Shown here in pieces: positions 1 through 9,307 of a DNA stretch of 64,000 nt. The notes below the pieces were generated by a model. That model saw only the letters and a list, made by a program, of their open reading frames with translations, was not told the origin of the DNA and did no database searches. Numbering within the stretch: position 1 is the stretch's first letter; every line of letters begins with the position of its first letter. The stretch lies in sequence record MZ475898.1. One strand, given 5' to 3'. A program made the position numbers and the translations under genes.

Positions 1-202
1 TCTCATCAACAGTGATAGTTGCCTTGAGGGATAGTGCATACACAGAACCCGTTGGGGTAATGTCCATCTGAGATGTGTTATTGCTAAACGTACCACCAGC
101 AACACGAAACGTCAGGACGTCGGTATGACCAGAAATCGTTACGCTATCTGACCACGTAACTGGACCGCTGGCCTGCTCGACTACAGGAATCAATTCAGCC
201 AT
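1..202 (-). CDS. 5' part of a probable virion protein, truncated by the window edge (MAELIPVVEQASGPVTWSDSVTISG...)
   Basis: ATG at 202, GAGGA RBS at 209-213, open to position 1; follows a terminator. Confidence 0.75.
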   Translation of the reverse strand, partial: MAELIPVVEQASGPVTWSDSVTISGHTDVLTFRVAGGTFSNNTSQMDITPTGSVYALSLKATITVDE

Positions 203-227
203 TGCTTTTCCTCACGATGTAGAAACT

Positions 228-250
228 AAAAAGGGCGGCCGAAGCCACCC
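228..250 (-). terminator. Rho-independent terminator
   Basis: GGGTGGC-TTCG-GCCGCCC-TTTTT on the minus strand. Confidence 0.9.
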
Positions 251-264
251 TGTGAGGAATAGGC

Positions 265-1437
265 TTAGGCGCCTGAAGTTGGAGCTGGGTCTGCCGCTTT
301 GTAGCCACGCAGGAAGAAGACACGCATACCGGTGTTGTTCGGACTGTTAGCAGTCAGAGCTTTATAGGTACGCTTCTTCGGCGTAGTGCCATCGCTTTCC
401 ATCTCGTTGTACACCTGCACGTCGAGGTCGGTACCGTTCGATACAACGTCAGCAGACGCGTAACCAACAATGTCCATCTCGTACGGGTAGCTGTAGCGCT
501 GCGTGTTGAAGCCAGCAGGCAGACGGAAGTCGAAGTGGTTATCCTCAGAGAATGGAACCATCTGATATGGGTTGATAACCGCAGAGCAGTCAGCGCTGTG
601 CAGATGCGCAGGAGCTGGAGCAGTCGGCGCATTCACATCAGATTCACGCACGGTAAAGCGCATGAGCTGGTACGAACCTGGGCTGTACGTGATAGGACGC
701 ACTTCGGTGTTGTTATCCGCAGCGCCACCACCGTTAACGGTGAACATACAGAACAGAGGAGCTTTACCATCAACAACCACAGTACCATCGCTGTTGATAG
801 CACGCTGAACAACGAACCACGCTGCACGGCAACCATCAGAGTCATGGCCTTCTGCCTGAATGTGAACAGCGAAGCCGTGCTCAGTCAGAGAGATGTGGTA
901 AGTGAACGGCGTAGCTTCTGGGTCAGCGAAGATCAGACTGTCTGGGTTAGTCTGAGTTGGCGTGGTAACGTTCTGTGGGAACGCCATAGTGCCGCTGTAG
1001 TACACGCTGTTTTGGTTAGCACCAGCAATACCACGATGCCAGAAGCATACTTCGGTATCACCAGTTGCACCCTGAGTACCAGTGAAGCGAGCACCAATCT
1101 GACCTGAATACTCAGGCATAGAGTTGGAGGTGGTACCAGTAGTGCCTGTCTTAGACACAGTGCCCGTGTCAGAGATCTGCGTAGGCGAAGCAACATAAAG
1201 CTGCGTGCGCTTATCAGTTCCCTTCATGGCCACACGCCATTTCTGCGTAGCAGCCAGCGGATCAATGGTATCAGTCGCTTCGATTACGAAGGACGACAGG
1301 TCGGTAGAAGGCACAGTGGTTGCTGCCGTACCGTTGAAGCTGATCAGCTTAAAGCCATTAGCCAACAAATCATTCAGAATGTCTTTCCACATCTTCAGGT
1401 TGTTGGTGTAGCCTGATTTAACAATCAGTTTGTTCAT
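265..1437 (-). CDS. Putative virion (tail/fibre-associated) protein, paralog of 1456-2442
   Basis: 390-aa ORF sharing blocks with the next ORF (WFVVQR, PLF, INP..Q, NTQRY.Y, GY.SADV); in the fibre/sheath module. Confidence 0.7.
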   Translation of the reverse strand: MNKLIVKSGYTNNLKMWKDILNDLLANGFKLISFNGTAATTVPSTDLSSFVIEATDTIDPLAATQKWRVAMKGTDKRTQLYVASPTQISDTGTVSKTGTTGTTSNSMPEYSGQIGARFTGTQGATGDTEVCFWHRGIAGANQNSVYYSGTMAFPQNVTTPTQTNPDSLIFADPEATPFTYHISLTEHGFAVHIQAEGHDSDGCRAAWFVVQRAINSDGTVVVDGKAPLFCMFTVNGGGAADNNTEVRPITYSPGSYQLMRFTVRESDVNAPTAPAPAHLHSADCSAVINPYQMVPFSEDNHFDFRLPAGFNTQRYSYPYEMDIVGYASADVVSNGTDLDVQVYNEMESDGTTPKKRTYKALTANSPNNTGMRVFFLRGYKAADPAPTSGA

Positions 1438-1455
1438 GTTTCAAATCCCCTAAGA

Positions 1456-2442
1456 TTAAGCTGAATCGCCGGCAGCAACAGGAAGCATCAGACGCATACC
1501 ACGGTTGTCTTTACCGTTAGCGTTCATACCCTGATACACGGTCTTATCAGCAGCTTTCAGCGGGTTCAGTTGCACCTGAGAGCCAGAAGACAGCACGTCG
1601 GCAGAGGTGTATCCCAGCATGTCCAGTGTAGCGAAGTACACGTAACGCTGAGTGTTGATCATCTGCGGGAACAGCACGATAGCGCGGTTACCTTCGGCAA
1701 TCATAACCTGTTGCATTGGGTTGATGATTGGACCGCAGTCAGCGCTCGCCTGCACAGCAGACACAGGAACGGTAGCAGCATAGATGCCGTTCTCGATAAC
1801 AACGTAGCGCTGAATCGATTCAGGCTTCAATGTATCGGGGTCGCCTGCCAGACCGCCGCCACATGAGAACACAGCGAACAACGGACTCTGGTCACCAGGC
1901 TTAGTGTCGCCTTCCTGAACGCCACGCTGAACAACGAACCACGAGAACGCAGTACCGGTGTTGTCGAAGCCTTCCGCATTCACATGCAGTGCTACGCCGT
2001 GGTCAGTAACAACCAGATCGTAAGTCAGTGGGTAAGCGGTAATATCAGCAGCCACATCCATCTTCCAGTCAGCAATCTGATCGATGAAGAAGCTGGTCAG
2101 CAGGCCAGACTTAGCCATACGACCAACCTGAACTGTAGCAGAACGCATAGCAGCAGTGTAGTCTTCGGCATCAACCTGAAGATCAGGCAGGACGTTGACC
2201 GACATCTGTTTGTTTGCGTTATCAGCGGTCAGGATGATGCCCCACTTCTGAGATGTATACAGCGGGTCTACTGAGGCGCTAGCCAGCAGATAGAACGACT
2301 TGCCGGTAGGGGTGACAGTAGTGCCAGCCTTACCATCGACAGCGACCAGGGCAAAGCCTGACGTGATCAATTTAGCAACCAAGTCACGGGTCAGTGCTTC
2401 CAGACCGATGAGCTTAGTCACGTTAGTGTGTTGAATTGCCAT
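1456..2442 (-). CDS. Putative virion (tail/fibre-associated) protein, paralog of 265-1437
   Basis: 328-aa ORF with the same conserved blocks. Confidence 0.7.
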   Translation of the reverse strand: MAIQHTNVTKLIGLEALTRDLVAKLITSGFALVAVDGKAGTTVTPTGKSFYLLASASVDPLYTSQKWGIILTADNANKQMSVNVLPDLQVDAEDYTAAMRSATVQVGRMAKSGLLTSFFIDQIADWKMDVAADITAYPLTYDLVVTDHGVALHVNAEGFDNTGTAFSWFVVQRGVQEGDTKPGDQSPLFAVFSCGGGLAGDPDTLKPESIQRYVVIENGIYAATVPVSAVQASADCGPIINPMQQVMIAEGNRAIVLFPQMINTQRYVYFATLDMLGYTSADVLSSGSQVQLNPLKAADKTVYQGMNANGKDNRGMRLMLPVAAGDSA

Positions 2443-2449
2443 ATGTCAA

Positions 2450-3235
2450 TCACTCCAATACAAGATAGGTGACAGTGAGTTTAGGTTTTGCAGGGGACGT
2501 GCCGATATTCTTCATCCGCCACGAAACAACGTTGGTGTTATCTCGGTTAGCCAAGAAGCTATAACGACGCAGCTTTTTCAAGACAGGGTTACCGTCAGCA
2601 TCCTCGTCGTAGAATACGCCATCATCTACCAAGAAATTAGCAGTAGAGCGGAATAAATACGGGTTTCTGTCAGAACGATCAGAGGATTCGAACGCAGACA
2701 ACTCAATGTCGAAAGCATTTGTCTCCACGCGTATGAGCATACACGATTTGTTCATCGTCAGGTCGAAGTCAAGTTGTTGGCCAGGCGTGAGATACGCACC
2801 AGCTTCGAACTCAACAGTTTTACGCACGCCCTGGTTTTCGTTGCCGCTCATATCAACCCACATCATCGTACCGTTAGCGCCAGAGGTGAGGGTCATACCC
2901 GCATACTCAGGTTCAGGCACTTGCTTATTGGGATCGATACCAACAACAGTTAAACCAGTTTCATCTACAGCGGTTACGAACGGAGCATCAAAACGATAGT
3001 TCGATCCTCCGAATTTCGCTTCCTCCCATGTTACGTTGTCTGTACCAAGTTGATACATCTTCTTGGTCTCTGTGACGTAACACAACATCCCAGGCTTTTT
3101 ATTACCTACAGACATTGCGTTACGATCAGCAAGAGTTGGCAGACAGCGCATACCCCCTCGAAGATATTTGTCCTCGAGGAGATATGGGAGAGCTGTAGAT
3201 GCAGGCACCAAGAACGAAGTCATGTTGACCGGCAT
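2450..3235 (-). CDS. Putative fibre-associated structural protein
   Basis: N-terminal GG...T.ADRNA....KKPGM.CYV pattern recalled from phage fibre-associated proteins; directly downstream of the large fibre gene. Confidence 0.6.
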   Translation of the reverse strand: MPVNMTSFLVPASTALPYLLEDKYLRGGMRCLPTLADRNAMSVGNKKPGMLCYVTETKKMYQLGTDNVTWEEAKFGGSNYRFDAPFVTAVDETGLTVVGIDPNKQVPEPEYAGMTLTSGANGTMMWVDMSGNENQGVRKTVEFEAGAYLTPGQQLDFDLTMNKSCMLIRVETNAFDIELSAFESSDRSDRNPYLFRSTANFLVDDGVFYDEDADGNPVLKKLRRYSFLANRDNTNVVSWRMKNIGTSPAKPKLTVTYLVLE

Positions 3236-3247
3236 CTACTTTCTCCT

Positions 3248-6200
3248 TTACGCAGTACCTGAGCCTGGGGTAGAAGAACCATAGGTCAGTTTGAACGTAT
3301 ACGCCAGATTATCAAACGGGAAGTCGTTGCGGTAAACAACATAGTCCACGCCGTTAATCTGAACTTCCGCAGGACCTGCAAAGTTGAAGTCGTCAAACTC
3401 CAACGCGCCATCCCATGAACCAGCAAAGCCCTGTGCAGACTCCACGAAGTAACCGTAACCCAGAGACTTAGGCCACGCAACGTAGAAGAACACGTTGTTG
3501 CTACTTGTACTGGTGTTAGCAGGGCACGTCAGCGTCTGTTGACCGCTAAGCGTCAGCGCATTTTGCAGACCAGAAACGAACTGTGCATCGTAGTTCGTAA
3601 CAGAGGTCACCTTAGTGCGATAGCCGAAGCGAGCACCCAGGTCAGCAACCTGCTCTTTCTTCAACGTCACGTCTTTGGTTGCAGTCTTGCTCACACCGTT
3701 TTTGGTGTAAACCAAAGTGATTGTGACAACAGCATCAGCAGTCACTTTGTCAGACTTGAGCAAGCCGCCTACAACGCTAAGGCCAGTAGCAGTACCAGAC
3801 TTAACAGCAACAGACCACACGCTACCGCTATCCGCAGTTACGTCAGGCGTGGTGCCATCAGACATAGTAGCTGTACCAGTATACTGAGTGTTCACGCCGC
3901 CGATGATTGAATCACTACCAGTGATAGTAACTGAATCAGGTGTTGCAGGAGCAGGCGTGTTCGTTACAGTCAGGTTCGCAGTTTGCGCTTGGCTGTTATA
4001 CGAAGCAGTACCAACGATGATCGTCTGTTGCGCGGACGTCACAGTGTTACCAACGATCTTGTCCGTGCCGTTAAACGTAAACGCAGTAGAGCTACCGCTT
4101 GAACGACTAACAACAGGAGTCAGGTCAACCGTGCTACCGCCAGAAAGAGTCAGACGCAGAACATAAGTGCCGGTCTCACCTTTGTTGACAGCAGTTGGAC
4201 CCACCAGCTCGCGCTTAGTGATAGTCTCAGCTTGGTTGATAATCTGAATCGTTTTCTCTGGCGTGTATGCCGTACCATCAACAGTGACGTTAGCAGCACG
4301 CAACGTTGCGGTTTGGTTCTGGCTGATCGTGTTCGCAGGAACATTAACTTTCGTGCGACTTGCGGTCGTACCAGACTGCAACTGAGCATACGCAGCACCC
4401 TGAGGCAGTGTCCACGTTGGGTTAGTCGCGGTGTATTCTACCACTGTGCCAGACAGACGCGTCACACGCACATAGTATTCACCAGCAGTACCGCCCTCAG
4501 TGATTGAGTCAGGACCTACAATGTCTACAGTGCTTACGGTGTCAGTCGGACCAGTTACGGTGAAGCTAACAGTACCAGTCTTCGTCACGCCGCCAACAGT
4601 TGCAGTAACGTTGACAGTGAACGTCAGACTTCCGTAGAACCCGTTAAGAGCTTTCGTGGTACGAATGCGCCAGCCAGTTGTTCCACCAGCAACGATCTCG
4701 AAATACTGAGCAGTCGCAGCAGGCAAGGTGTAGCTGAGTTCCGCACTTGTGCCTTCACGCGTAGAGTTATCGCTGAACGTCAGAGTGCTATGCAGGTCTT
4801 TCGCAGTCTGTGCAGCATCGTTAAATGCATACGCAGGCGTAGGAGCAGCAGGCTGAACGGACAGCAGACTGATAACAACCACGTTCTTGATCAACACGGA
4901 TTTCTGTGCAGTCAAGCCACCAGCAGTCGCACGAATCAATGCGGTGCTATCCTGAGTTACTTCGCCAGCAGTCAACACACCCGTTTGAGCGATTGATGCG
5001 AACGCGCTACCCTGAATAACAGACCACATAGGTGATGCAACCTGAACTTCACTTCCATCACTGTAGATTGACCAGGCAGTGTATGGGCTGGTGGAGTTCT
5101 CGTTCATCTGATCTGCACCGCGCACTTCCAGACTAACAACAGTCGGTGGGTTACCAACAATCGATACAGGCAGTGTTGCAGTCTTCGTGATACCGTTTTC
5201 AGTATACGATGCGTAGATAGTCACGCTGGACGTAGCGACAGGAACAGCACCAACAGTCAACGTTGAGTTATCAAATGTAGCGTACTGGTTAGTCGCTTGC
5301 AGACGGAACTCATTCGGGCTAACTGTTTCGGTATGACCATCAGAGTAAGTAGCGAGCACGGTGTAACCCGTCTGCGTCTTCTCTTGCACTGACGATGGCC
5401 CGATAATCTGAATCTTCGTCAGGTCAACAACAGGCACCACATTGACGACAGTCAGATTGAGCGTAGCGTTGACTGTGTGTGTACCTTCTTTGTAAGAAGC
5501 GGACAGCACGACAGGAACGTCAGCAGTCACAGTACCAGCAGTAACGGTCTTGTTGACGATGGTCACAATATCCAGACGGTCAGCAGTAAACGTCAGAGGG
5601 TCAACGGTACGCGTGTGGCCATCAGAGTAAGTAGCGAGGAACGTGTAGTTCGCGCTCTCACCGCTGCGAATCGTGTTCGCACCCTGAATCGCCAGAGCAG
5701 TAACGAAGATCTCTTCTGCTTCATGGATGATTGTGATAGGCTTGGTGCCTGTAATCGTCTGCGAGCCTGACGTGTAACTTGCATTCAGAGTAACAGCGCG
5801 ATCTTGTGCTGTCTCTTTGCGTGCAGTAACCACATTGGCATCGATAGCGGTGTAGGTAGCAGGAGACGCTGTGAATGAATTGGCGGTTACCATTTCAGTG
5901 TCACCGTTCGACCAAGTTACCTTGAACGTGTACGAGGCAGAAGCCTGTGACGCGATGGTATCTTGTCCGAGAATCTCCAGCTTAGTCATCACCTGCGCCT
6001 TGACTGTTACGTCTTTGGTCGCTGTGAAGTCTACGCCGTTATAGGTGTACGTTGCAGTCAGAGTAGAAACGGTATCAGTCGCAACCTTCTGCGCAGTACC
6101 CACCAGACCAACAAGCGACAGCACATCCGTTTTAGATGAGGTGAAGTTGTTAGGCTGAACAGTTGCAACAGCGCCTGACTTGTAACGAGCAGTCACGCTG

Positions 6201-7261
6201 TAGGTTTCTTTCTGCTTATACAACAGGCTGCTAGAACCAATGATGGAGATAGAGACCAGCTCATCATTTGGGATGAATGCGTTCTTGATCAGCAGGTCAT
6301 AAGTAGCTGTCACCGTATTGCCATACACTGGGTCAATCTTGGTGGCAGTCACTTTGAGAACTACGTCAGCAGACAAATCAGGAGCGGTAACAGTACCGTC
6401 TTCTGAGATAGTCACGCCGATAACGTTCTCTTGAATCGTCCACACAACGCCAGTAGGATTGTGCTCGATACGGTCAGACCATTCAGCGTCGATAGCCAGC
6501 TTAACGCTAGAGTTATCTGACATGTACGAAGCTGAACCAGGCAGACTGATACGCAGATTCATCAAGTGAGGAGATTCCCACTCAACGTTATCTGATACAG
6601 GCTTAATCCACTTGCCAATGTATTTGTTTGCATTGGCTGGGTCCTGATCAACGATTGCCAGAACATAGCCAGGCTGCGGCTGATTAGAAGAAGCTACCTC
6701 AACGAAAGCTGAGGAGTTCAGACGAATCATCGTGCGCGGATAGTCTGGGTGATCGTGATTGGTCGGATAGCGTGGGTCTGACATACGCGGGTCAGAGCCA
6801 GATACCGCAATCGGATCTTCTGCATCAGCAGGGTCTGTCTTTGTCTGCACACTACCGATACGATTCGTAGTAGCGTGAGGGATTTCGAGATCCCCTTCTT
6901 CGATACCCAGGTCACCAGCATTCTCCACAACGCGGCGGAAGAACTGCTTAGAGTTAAACAGCGAAGCGTAGTCAGGAACGGACACCCAAGAACCACGGTG
7001 ATTGCCGTCAGACACATGGCTGGTGCGGCGCAGCACATACTGATACTGGGGGCTGCCTGAGTTAGCATCAATCCAAATCAGATTGTATGGCTTCTCAGAG
7101 AATGACGGCTCTGTCAGCGACACTACAACTTGATACACATCGGTCTGATCGTTCGCATTGGGACGAAACAGGAACGTGATTGGGTTGCGTGGAGTCAGGC
7201 CGCGAGTACGGGCCAAAGCGATGTACTGCTTGGCGAATCCGTCAATGGTGGTCACACTCAT
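3248..7261 (-). CDS. Large fibre/adhesin protein with about 10 bacterial Ig-like repeats
   Basis: 1337 aa, T/S/V-rich; recurring ~95-aa unit L.I.G...I......YT..ATYSDG....V.P; C-terminal FFYVAWPK...GSWDGA.EFDDFNF domain. Confidence 0.85.
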   Translation of the reverse strand: MSVTTIDGFAKQYIALARTRGLTPRNPITFLFRPNANDQTDVYQVVVSLTEPSFSEKPYNLIWIDANSGSPQYQYVLRRTSHVSDGNHRGSWVSVPDYASLFNSKQFFRRVVENAGDLGIEEGDLEIPHATTNRIGSVQTKTDPADAEDPIAVSGSDPRMSDPRYPTNHDHPDYPRTMIRLNSSAFVEVASSNQPQPGYVLAIVDQDPANANKYIGKWIKPVSDNVEWESPHLMNLRISLPGSASYMSDNSSVKLAIDAEWSDRIEHNPTGVVWTIQENVIGVTISEDGTVTAPDLSADVVLKVTATKIDPVYGNTVTATYDLLIKNAFIPNDELVSISIIGSSSLLYKQKETYSVTARYKSGAVATVQPNNFTSSKTDVLSLVGLVGTAQKVATDTVSTLTATYTYNGVDFTATKDVTVKAQVMTKLEILGQDTIASQASASYTFKVTWSNGDTEMVTANSFTASPATYTAIDANVVTARKETAQDRAVTLNASYTSGSQTITGTKPITIIHEAEEIFVTALAIQGANTIRSGESANYTFLATYSDGHTRTVDPLTFTADRLDIVTIVNKTVTAGTVTADVPVVLSASYKEGTHTVNATLNLTVVNVVPVVDLTKIQIIGPSSVQEKTQTGYTVLATYSDGHTETVSPNEFRLQATNQYATFDNSTLTVGAVPVATSSVTIYASYTENGITKTATLPVSIVGNPPTVVSLEVRGADQMNENSTSPYTAWSIYSDGSEVQVASPMWSVIQGSAFASIAQTGVLTAGEVTQDSTALIRATAGGLTAQKSVLIKNVVVISLLSVQPAAPTPAYAFNDAAQTAKDLHSTLTFSDNSTREGTSAELSYTLPAATAQYFEIVAGGTTGWRIRTTKALNGFYGSLTFTVNVTATVGGVTKTGTVSFTVTGPTDTVSTVDIVGPDSITEGGTAGEYYVRVTRLSGTVVEYTATNPTWTLPQGAAYAQLQSGTTASRTKVNVPANTISQNQTATLRAANVTVDGTAYTPEKTIQIINQAETITKRELVGPTAVNKGETGTYVLRLTLSGGSTVDLTPVVSRSSGSSTAFTFNGTDKIVGNTVTSAQQTIIVGTASYNSQAQTANLTVTNTPAPATPDSVTITGSDSIIGGVNTQYTGTATMSDGTTPDVTADSGSVWSVAVKSGTATGLSVVGGLLKSDKVTADAVVTITLVYTKNGVSKTATKDVTLKKEQVADLGARFGYRTKVTSVTNYDAQFVSGLQNALTLSGQQTLTCPANTSTSSNNVFFYVAWPKSLGYGYFVESAQGFAGSWDGALEFDDFNFAGPAEVQINGVDYVVYRNDFPFDNLAYTFKLTYGSSTPGSGTA

Positions 7262-7890
7262 GCTTTTTTCTCCAGAATATCGGTCGCAAGCAATTGACCA
7301 TATGAAGCCTTAACTGTCGAATCAGCAACAAACGTAGAACCATTCTGACCGACGGTAGCATCCATGTTGACTTTATCCTGCACGGTCTTCACTTCGACCA
7401 GAGGCTTCTCTGGGTGCATCTCATCGTGAGGCAGAGGTGTACGCTTGTCAGTATTGCGTGGGTCAGAGACAGCAACAAACGTTGGACGACCAACAGAAGC
7501 AGGCTCAGTTGTGAGACGAGCAATACCATACTCATCCACAGCAGCATTAGGAATATCTGCGCCGCCTTCAAGGTCAGCCGGATCGTAATACTGCGGTGCC
7601 CAGAACGAGTTGAAGTTCTTCACTTCTTCCCAAGTGTTCTGATAGCCACCAGACGGTTGCTTGTTCTTACGCGCAATGAACTTGCGGTAGAAGGTGCTGT
7701 TAACATCCATGCACAGCCAGACGACATTCATCGGCAATACAACGCCAACAGGCTCTTGCGAGGCAACAATGTGCGTGCAGCTAATGTTGAGTGTCGGGTT
7801 AATCTGGCGCACGATTTGGTCTTTCGTCGTATCGTCAGCGAAACCGGTAACGGCCAACAGAGCAGCGGCCAGATCATTCAGTGTAGTCAT
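7258..7890 (-). CDS. Fibre-base paralog (start corrected to MTTLNDLAAALL)
   Basis: GGAG RBS before ATG 7890; resembles the N-terminal ~200 aa of the 1337-aa fibre (W...D, IP.A....G, SDPR..D.R.P..H..HPE.P). Confidence 0.75.
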   Translation of the reverse strand: MTTLNDLAAALLAVTGFADDTTKDQIVRQINPTLNISCTHIVASQEPVGVVLPMNVVWLCMDVNSTFYRKFIARKNKQPSGGYQNTWEEVKNFNSFWAPQYYDPADLEGGADIPNAAVDEYGIARLTTEPASVGRPTFVAVSDPRNTDKRTPLPHDEMHPEKPLVEVKTVQDKVNMDATVGQNGSTFVADSTVKASYGQLLATDILEKKA

Positions 7891-7900
7891 AACCGCTCCA

Positions 7901-8539
7901 TTAGTTGGAAGGTGAGGCGAGTTCGGACTCACGTACTTTACGCCATTGAAGCGTGTTGTCTTCAAGCACCATAATCTGGTTAACTTGAGGTACGTTCTGG
8001 TCCTTAATCGGAACAAACTCTTCGCCGTAGCTACCGTTGATACTGATCATGGTGGCAGGCTTCTCGGGGTGCGTGTGATCTTTCGGGTCACGGTTATTCG
8101 TCAGTGTTTCATCACCTTCGAGGATAACACGAGATTCAGCTTCTGGATAAGACAGATAGCCGACACCACGAGTAAGAGAAGTGGCCAGAGGAGGCAGCGA
8201 CTGATTAATGACTTTGAGATCATCTGGGTCATATTGCTGGTCAGTCATCGCATCTTCATAGAAGTACAGCTGGGTCCATACGTCTTTGTACGGATCGATT
8301 GGGTCTTTCACTGTACGCTTGAAAGCAGTACGGAAAGTGGAAGACTCTGGGTCCAAGTCAATCCAGATACCATTGACAGGCAGGACCACATAACGCGGAA
8401 TCGCATACGAGCAGTAGAACAACAGACCTAACTGCGAACCGTCTTTGGGCAGACGAAACATGATTGGGTTTTTGTTCTGCTGGTGGATATTCGTAAGCAA
8501 CTCAACGTTACTGATGAACTGTTCAAGTTTCAGTTCCAT
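7901..8539 (-). CDS. Fibre-base paralog
   Basis: 212 aa; NPI.F, IWID, D..L.N.R.P..H.HPEKP shared with the fibre N-terminus and 7258-7890. Confidence 0.75.
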   Translation of the reverse strand: MELKLEQFISNVELLTNIHQQNKNPIMFRLPKDGSQLGLLFYCSYAIPRYVVLPVNGIWIDLDPESSTFRTAFKRTVKDPIDPYKDVWTQLYFYEDAMTDQQYDPDDLKVINQSLPPLATSLTRGVGYLSYPEAESRVILEGDETLTNNRDPKDHTHPEKPATMISINGSYGEEFVPIKDQNVPQVNQIMVLEDNTLQWRKVRESELASPSN

Positions 8540-8571
8540 TGTGTTCTCCGTGTAACCATAAGCGGTGATTA

Positions 8572-8577
8572 AAATTA
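8572..8577 (-). promoter_or_regulatory. TAATTT promoter-like motif
   Basis: gtaTAATTTT ~33 nt upstream of 8539; overlaps the upstream stop codon. Confidence 0.5.
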
Positions 8578-9261
8578 TACAGGGTCGCCGGACTTGTTGC
8601 TGGTACTGCCGTATTTAATACGGAATACATAATCGAGGCTGTCGAATGGGAAGTCGTTACGATAAACGACATAATCATAACCGCCTAAAGATACTTCGGC
8701 TGCACCTTCAAAGTTGAAGTCGTCAAACTCCATTGCACCATCCCACGAGCCTGTAAAGCCTTGCGCTGTCTCTTGGAAGAATCCATACATGAGACGCTTA
8801 GGCCAAGCAACATAGAAGAAGCGTTTGTTGTCAGACGTAGATTCATCCGGAGGGCACGTAATGAGCTGGTCGCCTGTCTCTGTAAGAGTAGCGAGCGTAA
8901 GCGATCGGAAGAATGCGTCATCGTAATCGGTAAGCGACATAACTTTGTCATGAATACCAAAGCGAGGTCCGTACTCACCGCTGAACGGAACGGAGACATG
9001 CACCGTGTTTGAGACACGCAGCGGCGTATCTGTATTGCCATACACCTTAGCAGTCAATCGATGTTCGCCCGTATCAAGAGTCAGGTCAGGCGCATCCAGA
9101 CGAACAGTTCCTGTGCGTGAATACAGGACCTTACCGTTCTGATCTTCGATTGTTGTTTTGGTGACGCCCGTAGTGTTGTCATTAGAAATGGTGGACTGCA
9201 TAGAGTACGCACGAGGAAGCGCAATATAATCCATGCTGTTACCAACGGCCAAAATGAACAT
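8575..9261 (-). CDS. Structural protein carrying the same C-terminal domain as the 1337-aa fibre
   Basis: RFG...V.S.T.YD..F...FFYVAWPK...QGF.GSWDGA.EFDDFNF.G.AEV...G.DYVVYRNDFPFD shared. Confidence 0.8.
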   Translation of the reverse strand: MFILAVGNSMDYIALPRAYSMQSTISNDNTTGVTKTTIEDQNGKVLYSRTGTVRLDAPDLTLDTGEHRLTAKVYGNTDTPLRVSNTVHVSVPFSGEYGPRFGIHDKVMSLTDYDDAFFRSLTLATLTETGDQLITCPPDESTSDNKRFFYVAWPKRLMYGFFQETAQGFTGSWDGAMEFDDFNFEGAAEVSLGGYDYVVYRNDFPFDSLDYVFRIKYGSTSNKSGDPV

Positions 9262-9277
9262 ATGACCTCACAATACG

Positions 9278-9300
9278 AAAAAGGAGGACCGAAGCCCTCC
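9278..9300 (-). terminator. Rho-independent terminator
   Basis: GGAGGGC-TTCG-GTCCTCC-TTTTT after the sheath gene. Confidence 0.9.
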
Positions 9301-9307
9301 CTTATGA

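Noticed and set aside
7891-8016. Upstream extensions in the ORF track (e.g. 8016, 13053, 13865, 33677, 37311, 42096, 45462, 46068, 50050, 51238)
   Set aside because: They overlap neighbouring genes, promoters or terminators; downstream ATGs have proper RBS spacing or restore shared N-terminal tags
3379-8732. DGR template/variable repeat pair for the duplicated fibre tip
   Set aside because: Both copies are intact in-frame coding domains that differ at all base types, not just adenines; no RT or avd gene nearby
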